Below, one piece after another: positions 56,751 to 64,000 of a stretch of DNA of 64,000 nucleotides (its first letter is position 1; the number at the start of each line of letters is the position of its first letter). A model generated the notes under the pieces. The model did not search any database, was not told where the DNA came from, and worked only from the letters and a program-made list of their open reading frames with translations. The stretch is taken from NCBI GenBank assembly GCA_043821645.1, contig JBDRCO010000068.1:1-64000 (forward strand), read 5' to 3'. This stretch comes from Pseudomonadota bacterium. Lineage in GTDB: Bacteria > Myxococcota > JACRCW01 > JAFGSX01. Position numbers and translations under genes: made by a program.

Positions 56751-58283
56751 ATGAAATCAAGCACCGAACGCCTGCGGGACGAGCTCGAGCGCGTCCACCA
56801 GGGCGGCGCCAAGAAGTATCACGACAAGAATGCCAGCGAGGGCAAGCTGTTTGCCCGGGAGCGCGTGCGTCTGCTGCTCGACGCCGACAGCTTTGTCGAG
56901 GACGGAGCCCTGGCCAACAACCAGGCCCCGGAGCTGCCCGCGGATGGCCTGGTGTGCGGCTTGGGCAAGATCCACGGACGTCCTGTGGCGGTCATCGCCA
57001 ACGACCAGACGGTCAAGGCCGGAAGCTGGGGCGAGCTCACCGTCGAGAAGATCGTCCGCACCCAGGAACTCGCGGGACGCTTCGGCATCCCGCTGTTCTA
57101 CCTGGTCGACTCGGCGGGTGCGCGCATCACGGATCAGATCCGCATGTTTCCGGGCCGCCGCCACGCCGGGCGCATCTTTCACAACGAGGTGCAGCTGTCG
57201 GGCTACGTGCCGCAGATCTGCCTGCTGTTCGGCCCCAGTGCCGCCGGCGGCGCGTACATCCCGGCCTTTTGCGACATCGTCATCATGGTCCGTAACAACG
57301 CCGCCATGTACCTTGGCAGCCCGCGCATGGCCGAGATGGTCATCGGTGAGCGCGCCTCGCTCAACGACATGGGCGGCGCGCGCATGCACTGCGAGATCTC
57401 GGGCTGCGGCGACATCCTCGTCGACGATGACCAGGCTGCCATCGACACCGCCCGCCGTTACCTCGGCTACTTCCCCCAGAACTACGCCGAGCTCTTGCCG
57501 CCGGCAGTGAGCCGGGATCCTTCGCCCAAGGCACGCCCCATCGACGACATCGTGCCACAGCACCAGAATCAGATCTTCGACATGCGGCTGCTCATCGAGG
57601 CCCTGGTCGACGAGGACAGCTGGTTCGAGATCAAGAAGCTGTACGCCCGCGAGATCCTGACCGGCCTGGCACGCCTGGGAGGTCGGGTGGTGGGCATCGT
57701 CGCCAACCAGAGCAAGCACCTCGGCGGCGTGCTGTTCGTCAACTCCGCGGACAAGGCGGCGCGCTTCGTCAACCTGTGCGACGCCTTTGGCATCCCCCTG
57801 ATCTTTCTCGCCGACGTGCCCGGGTTCATGATCGGCAGCAAGGTCGAGAAAGAAGGCATCATCCGCCACGGCGCGAAGATGATCGCGGCCATCAGCGAGG
57901 CCACCGTGCCCAGGTTCTGCGTCGTCGTGCGCAAGGCCTACGGTGCAGGTCTCTACGCCATGAGCGGACCGGGCTTCGATCCCGACGCCACCCTGGCGTT
58001 GCCCCAGGCCATGATCGCGGTCATGGGACCCGAGGCCGCGGTCAATGCGGTTTACTTCAACAAGATCCAGGAGCAGCCCGAGGCCGAACGCGAGGCCTTC
58101 GTGGAGCGCCTGCGTCAGGAATACCGCGAGGACATCGACCTGATGCGGCTGGCTGGCAACCTCATCGTCGACGCAGTGGTACCGCCGGCCGCGCTGCGAC
58201 GGGAACTGCTGGCGCGCCTCGACCTGGCCAGGACCAAGCGCGTGCACAGCTACCCCAAGAAGAGAGCTGTGCTGCCGGTCTGA
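56751..58283 (+). CDS. Acyl-CoA carboxylase carboxyltransferase (beta) subunit, methylcrotonyl/propionyl-CoA type
   Basis: GKLFARER, TVKAGSWG, DSAGAR, AGGAYIPA, DVPGFMIG, RKAYGAG, AVMGPE. Confidence 0.93.
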   Translation: MKSSTERLRDELERVHQGGAKKYHDKNASEGKLFARERVRLLLDADSFVEDGALANNQAPELPADGLVCGLGKIHGRPVAVIANDQTVKAGSWGELTVEKIVRTQELAGRFGIPLFYLVDSAGARITDQIRMFPGRRHAGRIFHNEVQLSGYVPQICLLFGPSAAGGAYIPAFCDIVIMVRNNAAMYLGSPRMAEMVIGERASLNDMGGARMHCEISGCGDILVDDDQAAIDTARRYLGYFPQNYAELLPPAVSRDPSPKARPIDDIVPQHQNQIFDMRLLIEALVDEDSWFEIKKLYAREILTGLARLGGRVVGIVANQSKHLGGVLFVNSADKAARFVNLCDAFGIPLIFLADVPGFMIGSKVEKEGIIRHGAKMIAAISEATVPRFCVVVRKAYGAGLYAMSGPGFDPDATLALPQAMIAVMGPEAAVNAVYFNKIQEQPEAEREAFVERLRQEYREDIDLMRLAGNLIVDAVVPPAALRRELLARLDLARTKRVHSYPKKRAVLPV

Positions 58284-58309
58284 GCGGCATTCCGGGGACG
58301 GAGGGATCC

Positions 58310-58783
58310 ATGGCGACGAGATCCGGGATGGCAGTGCTGGTACTGGCCGCGGTGCTCGGTCTGTCCCTGGCCCAGGCCCAGCGCAAGCCCATGCCGCGCA
58401 AGGTGGCCATCGTGAAGGGCAGCGAGCGCCCCCTGCACCTGATCGCCGACGGCAAGGCAGGTGCCCGGGTGCTGCTCGACGCCGAGAGCAGCGGCCAGAC
58501 CGCGCTGTCGTTGACCACCTTGACCATGCTGCCAGGCTGCGTCATCGCCAGCCACAGTCACGCCGACGCCACCGAGGTGCTGTACCTGGAAAGCGGGCGC
58601 GGCCTGCTGACCTTCGGCTCGTCGGAGCGCGAAGTGGGCGCCGGCGATGCGCTGTACCTGCCGCCGGGGGTGCCGCACAGCTTCAAGGTGCAAAGCCAGG
58701 TCGAACCGGTGCGGGCGGTGCAGATCTACCTTCCTGGCGGATCCGAGCAGCGCTTCCTCAAGGGCGCCGTGGTGCCGGACTGA
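58310..58783 (+). CDS. Secreted cupin-domain protein
   Basis: GGAGG RBS; signal peptide; HSH...E.LY..SG and GD..Y.P.GVPH motifs. Confidence 0.85.
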   Translation: MATRSGMAVLVLAAVLGLSLAQAQRKPMPRKVAIVKGSERPLHLIADGKAGARVLLDAESSGQTALSLTTLTMLPGCVIASHSHADATEVLYLESGRGLLTFGSSEREVGAGDALYLPPGVPHSFKVQSQVEPVRAVQIYLPGGSEQRFLKGAVVPD

Positions 58784-59370
58784 TGCGACCTGCGCTCCCG
58801 ATCCCGCCCCTGACCCTGGCGCTGGCTGGCGTGATGCTGCTGGCCTCCACCGGTCGAGCCTCCGAAGATGTGAGGCAATGCCTTGACCGTCACCAGGCCC
58901 AGGATGTCGTGCTCGAGATGCAGCGCGAGGCCCAGTTCGTGCGCATCGAGCACATCTGTCCATTGTGGAGCCGGCCCCTGCAGCTCCAGGGCGTCAAGGT
59001 GCTGGCGACGGATCTCGACGAGGATGCCGGTGCCCCGGTGGCCGTGCTGCGGGTCGAGCTTGCCCATCAGTCGGCCTTCGAACGTCGGGTGCGCGTCGGC
59101 GACCGCGTGGGCGAGCGCTGGGTGGTGGTGGCGGCCGGCGACGGCATCGTCCTGTTTGACGACGAGGGAACGCTCCTGGCTGCCCTCGATGGCAGACCGG
59201 TCGTGCAGTGGCGCCTGACCTGGCACTCGCCGTTTTCGGTGGCTGGTCTGCCCGCAGCCACGGCCACCGCTCCCGCCGCGGCACCACCTGGCAAGTCGGC
59301 CAAGGCGGCCAAGGTCACCGCCCCCGCGGCCAAGCAGCCCAGCCGGCCGCTCTCCAAGAACCGCAAGTAG
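58783..59370 (+). CDS. Hypothetical secreted protein (weak PilP-like segment)
   Basis: TGATG overlap; signal peptide; RVRVGDRVG; Ala/Lys/Pro tail. Confidence 0.6.
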   Translation: MRPALPIPPLTLALAGVMLLASTGRASEDVRQCLDRHQAQDVVLEMQREAQFVRIEHICPLWSRPLQLQGVKVLATDLDEDAGAPVAVLRVELAHQSAFERRVRVGDRVGERWVVVAAGDGIVLFDDEGTLLAALDGRPVVQWRLTWHSPFSVAGLPAATATAPAAAPPGKSAKAAKVTAPAAKQPSRPLSKNRK

Positions 59371-59479
59371 CGTCAAAAAGCGCAGTGGCTGAGAGGGTCT
59401 GCCCACGACGCGATGCGTAACGGCGCTTGACGCTGTGCCTGGCGCCACGGATACTGCCCAGGTGACCAGTCCCGAACCC

Positions 59480-60028
59480 ATGCAGCAGCTGGACAGTGCC
59501 CGCGAGGTCGCTGTCGAGGTGCTCGGCCAGCTCGCCGAGTTCTGGGGCTTCACCCGCACCATGGGCCGGATCTTCGGGCTCATCTACCTGAGCCCAGAGC
59601 CCCTGACCCAGGCCGACCTCGCCGGACAGCTCGACATCAGCTCTGCCAGCGTGTCGCTGAGCATCAGCGGCCTGGTGCGCTGGGGGGCTGTGCGCAAGGC
59701 CTACGGCAAGGGCAGCCGCAAGCTGCGCTACGAGGCCGAGACCGATTTCCGGAAGATCGTGACCTCGGTGCTGGACAGCCGCGAGCGCCAGACCCTCGAG
59801 GACGCGGTCGACGCCGTGGCGCACGCCCTGGACAAGCTGGACGCTCGGCGCGAGATCGGCGGCGAGGTCGACGAGGCCACGCGCTTCGTGCTGGAGCGGC
59901 TGCAACACCTCGAGAGCGTGTACAGGCTGAGCTTCCAGCTGCTCAAGCTGCTGCTCGATACCGGACGCATCGACGTCGACGCGGTGGCAGGGATGCTCGG
60001 GCACACCGCCATGCGCAGACCCCGCTAG
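59480..60028 (+). CDS. GbsR/MarR family transcriptional regulator; start uncertain
   Basis: FWGFTRTMGRIFGLIYLSPEPLT...ISSASVSLSISGLVRWGAV...YEAETDF. Confidence 0.88.
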   Translation: MQQLDSAREVAVEVLGQLAEFWGFTRTMGRIFGLIYLSPEPLTQADLAGQLDISSASVSLSISGLVRWGAVRKAYGKGSRKLRYEAETDFRKIVTSVLDSRERQTLEDAVDAVAHALDKLDARREIGGEVDEATRFVLERLQHLESVYRLSFQLLKLLLDTGRIDVDAVAGMLGHTAMRRPR

Positions 60029-60311
60029 GGAGATCGCCACTTCGCATTCCGGGCATCTCGTTGCCGGCCTTGCAGTTGAGCGTCCCCTGCAGCTCTGCAT
60101 GCCAGTGCGGTCCAAGCACCTTTGAAGGTCTCTGTCCCCCCCCCATGAAGCCGTCGAGCCTGGGGGCGAGGGCTCAGAATCATCCCCTGCCTGGGGCCAG
60201 CGCCACACCGGCGACTCAGCCAATGGCGTGGAGTTACGCCAGCTTCCAGAAATCTCTCCACAGGATCTGGAATCTACTGTCTTTACGATGCGTTGCGTCA
60301 GTATTTTTTTC

Positions 60312-60329
60312 TTTTAATAATTTTTAAAA
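60312..60329. promoter_or_regulatory. Candidate operator palindrome upstream of mvaA
   Basis: TTTTAA-TAATTT-TTAAAA, a perfect 6-6-6 inverted repeat in an AT-rich patch 70 bp before the start codon. Confidence 0.45.
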
Positions 60330-60399
60330 ATGGTAAACGAACGCCGTCTAATCGGGTACATTGTGTGGGTCCATCCCCCCATGGAGCGTCGTCAGACTC

Positions 60400-61695
<1,296 letters not shown>

Positions 61696-61700
61696 GGGCG

Positions 61701-62633
61701 ATGCCTGAGCTGGGCAGCTACAGGGCCTGCGGCAAGGCCATCATCATGGGCGAGCATGCCGTGGTGTACGGCGTGCCAGCCCTGGCCATGCCCGTGCCTC
61801 TGGATTTGCAGGTCACGGTGAGCAACGGCCTGCGCAAGGGCCCCGTGCTCAGCGCGCCAGCCTGGAACGTGAAGGTTCGCCTTGGCGACCGACGGCCGGC
61901 CACCCGCCAGCTCGAGGCCGCTCTGGCGCGGGTCTACGAGCTCAACCCCGGGGCTCCGCGCGAGCTCATGCTCGAGATCGCGTCCCGTATCCCGCGCAGT
62001 GCTGGGTTGGGGTCCTCGGCCGCTCTGTCAGTGGCTCTCGTCCGGACTCTCGCCGGGGTCTCCAGAAAGCGCCTGACGCGTAACGAAGAGATCAGGCAGG
62101 CCATGGAGATAGAGCGGGTCTTTCATGGGAATCCTTCGGGTGTGGACCACAGTGTGGTGGCACTCGAGAAGGCCATCCTGTTCCGCAAGGGTGCCCGCGC
62201 CGTCACCCCCCTCAAGCTCGGGTGTAACTTTAAGTTTGTGGTCGCAACTGTCGGCCAGCACGGCGGAACCGTGCATCGTGTGCAGGCCCTGGCCGAGCGC
62301 CGGCAGCGCCTCCCCGAGGCCTATGCCGAGCTGTTTGCCTTCATTGCCAAGCTGGTGCGCCGGGCGACCCGGGCTCTGGCCGAGGGCGACGCGCAGGCTC
62401 TGGGAACGCTTCTGGATCTCAACCAAGGCGCGCTCAATGCATTGGGCGTGTCCTCTCCAGAACTTGAAAAAGCCATTGATATCGCACGTAAAGCTGGCGC
62501 ACTCGGCGCCAAGCTGAGCGGTGCAGGGGGCGGCGGCGCCATGATCGCCCTGTGCGACCGCAACGTGAACAAGGTTGTTCGAGCCCTTAGTAGCGCAGGT
62601 TGTCCTGCATTTATCTCGACGTTATATGCCTGA
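61701..62633 (+). CDS. mvk: Mevalonate kinase
   Basis: GKAIIMGEHAVVYG, PRSAGLGSSAA, HGNPSGVD, GAKLSGAGGGG. Confidence 0.95.
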   Translation: MPELGSYRACGKAIIMGEHAVVYGVPALAMPVPLDLQVTVSNGLRKGPVLSAPAWNVKVRLGDRRPATRQLEAALARVYELNPGAPRELMLEIASRIPRSAGLGSSAALSVALVRTLAGVSRKRLTRNEEIRQAMEIERVFHGNPSGVDHSVVALEKAILFRKGARAVTPLKLGCNFKFVVATVGQHGGTVHRVQALAERRQRLPEAYAELFAFIAKLVRRATRALAEGDAQALGTLLDLNQGALNALGVSSPELEKAIDIARKAGALGAKLSGAGGGGAMIALCDRNVNKVVRALSSAGCPAFISTLYA

Positions 62634-62661
62634 GCACCAGGGGACTGAAAGAGGTTTTGCC

Positions 62662-62976
62662 ATGCCACTGAACATGCTCAAGGGGATGACACCCATGCTT
62701 GGCGACAGCCCGCTTGTCAGCCTCGATATCAATGATCTCCCGTACTTGTGGACAGCACGCCTGGTTCGCCTGAGCCACAATCTGTATCGCTTCGCGGTGC
62801 GTGAGAGCGCCACGGTGCTCGAGCGCATCGCGGATTCGCCAGAGGTCAAGGTGCTCCTGCGCGATGACCTGCACGGTGTGGTCAAGGCACTGACCGCGCG
62901 CGTGCGCGTGCTCGCCGAGCAGGACCCGCTGAGCCCCGGCAAGGTCCTGATCGAGCTCGCCTTCGATCCGGCCTGA
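62662..62976 (+). CDS. Small hypothetical protein
   Basis: AGAGG before ATG; coding-like composition. Confidence 0.55.
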   Translation: MPLNMLKGMTPMLGDSPLVSLDINDLPYLWTARLVRLSHNLYRFAVRESATVLERIADSPEVKVLLRDDLHGVVKALTARVRVLAEQDPLSPGKVLIELAFDPA

Positions 62977-63135
62977 TCTGGGCTGCTCGCGACGGCACGA
63001 TCTCCGCCGCGCCTGACGCTTGGTTGCTCAGTCACCAGGCGGGGCCGCAGACCTGGGGCGTTCAGACTTCCCCACCACCAGGACATTCCCGGCCTGCATG
63101 CTGCCACGCAGGGGCACAGCGCGTCGGCGATCGCA

Positions 63136-63999
63136 TCACGATCGGGGTTTGCGGCCACGCGACCGAGCTGGCGGAGCGGCCCCGGAGCGCTGGGTCGGGG
63201 CGGGTGGTTGCTCGACCTGAGTCGGCGCCTCGAAGATGGAAGCCTTCGAATTTCTTGCGGGCTTTGGCGGTCCCTGGGCAGGGACGGAGGTCCGGGTTCT
63301 GGTGCCGCGCGGTACAGTGTTCTCCTCCGCCAGCACAGCGGCCAGGGCCGCTGGCCTGCGCGCGGCCTGGGTTACACCATCGCGTGGGGGCTGGGTGTCT
63401 GGCGGCGAACTGTCCGCGTCCACCTGGAGACGGTCCATGGGGACGGTGGGAGCGATCCAGTACGCGTCGCTGTCGTCGAGCTCGCCAGGTCTGTGCCCGG
63501 TGCCGTGCACGGCCTCGCTGACGCTGCGCTGTCGCACTGCGCTGTGTCCCTGTCGCCCTGGTCTGTGCACGCGCTCGGTGGTTTCGAGAACCGGGCTTTC
63601 GGGCATCACGGGCTCCAGCTCGGTGATCTCGTCGTGCGCGACCGGGGGATCCAGGACGACGCGCAGCGGGGGCCTGGCCGCCTCGCGTCGGGTGGCCTCG
63701 CGAACCAGCTCCGCCACGGGTCGGTTGGCCAGGGCGGTGGCGTTCAGTGCGTCGCGATCCATGCGCACCGAGATCTCCTCACCCGCAGGGTCCGCCGCCT
63801 CGGCAGCCCAGCTGAAGACCGGGGCTTTGCCTGGCGTGGTGGTCTCCTCGGCGAGCAAGGCGGCGACGAAGGAGGTCTGCTCGGCGTGGCGATTGGCGGT
63901 GAGTTCGTGCACCAGGCTGCTGAGCCGCGGCTGCAGGGTCTCGAGGCCGCCGTCCACGAAGTGTCTGAGCACGGCCGCCAGTTCCGCTGCGCTGCCAAA
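63136..63999 (-). CDS. C-terminal part of a protein truncated by the window edge, probably a Ser/Thr kinase tail
   Basis: Open to the window edge; begins FGSAAELAAVL, typical of the end of Hanks kinase subdomain XI, then a disordered tail. Confidence 0.5.
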   Translation of the reverse strand, partial: FGSAAELAAVLRHFVDGGLETLQPRLSSLVHELTANRHAEQTSFVAALLAEETTTPGKAPVFSWAAEAADPAGEEISVRMDRDALNATALANRPVAELVREATRREAARPPLRVVLDPPVAHDEITELEPVMPESPVLETTERVHRPGRQGHSAVRQRSVSEAVHGTGHRPGELDDSDAYWIAPTVPMDRLQVDADSSPPDTQPPRDGVTQAARRPAALAAVLAEENTVPRGTRTRTSVPAQGPPKPARNSKASIFEAPTQVEQPPAPTQRSGAAPPARSRGRKPRS

Positions 64000-64000
64000 T

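Noticed and set aside
60049-60066. Possible sigma54 box CCGGGCATCTCGTTGCC upstream of a C9 run
   Set aside because: GGCA-to-TTGC spacing is one base short, and no terminator hairpin with a U-tract follows.

Overview
High-GC window that reads as Myxococcota-like: it has a MYXO-CTERM protein, DUF4215 Cys-rich repeats, TonB-fused receptor, Hanks kinases and mevalonate genes. It holds about 37 CDSs and I found no rRNA, tRNA, CRISPR array or transposase. The left part (1-18.6 kb) is a surface/secreted island with two RHS proteins, one of them a ~2400-aa lipoprotein with Ca-binding TSP3-like repeats, plus an M64 peptidase, an esterase with an 18-bp tandem repeat, an IgGFc-binding protein and a tandem GT-C fusion. 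The middle carries a divergent GP42-like transglutaminase with a P-domain, a kinase/VWA/VIT/FHA/MBL cluster, a candidate sigma54-dependent C-rich-loop sRNA (Pxr-like) in a 670-bp intergenic gap, and a 2.8-kaa Cys-rich MYXO-CTERM protein. The right part has a 2-hydroxyacyl-CoA dehydratase pair with no adjacent activator, a TonB receptor operon, and a TPR/carboxyltransferase/cupin/GbsR-regulator/HMG-CoA reductase/mevalonate kinase run. All calls come from reading motifs by eye; no searches were run, and many start codons were moved from the ORF track using RBS and signal-peptide evidence.
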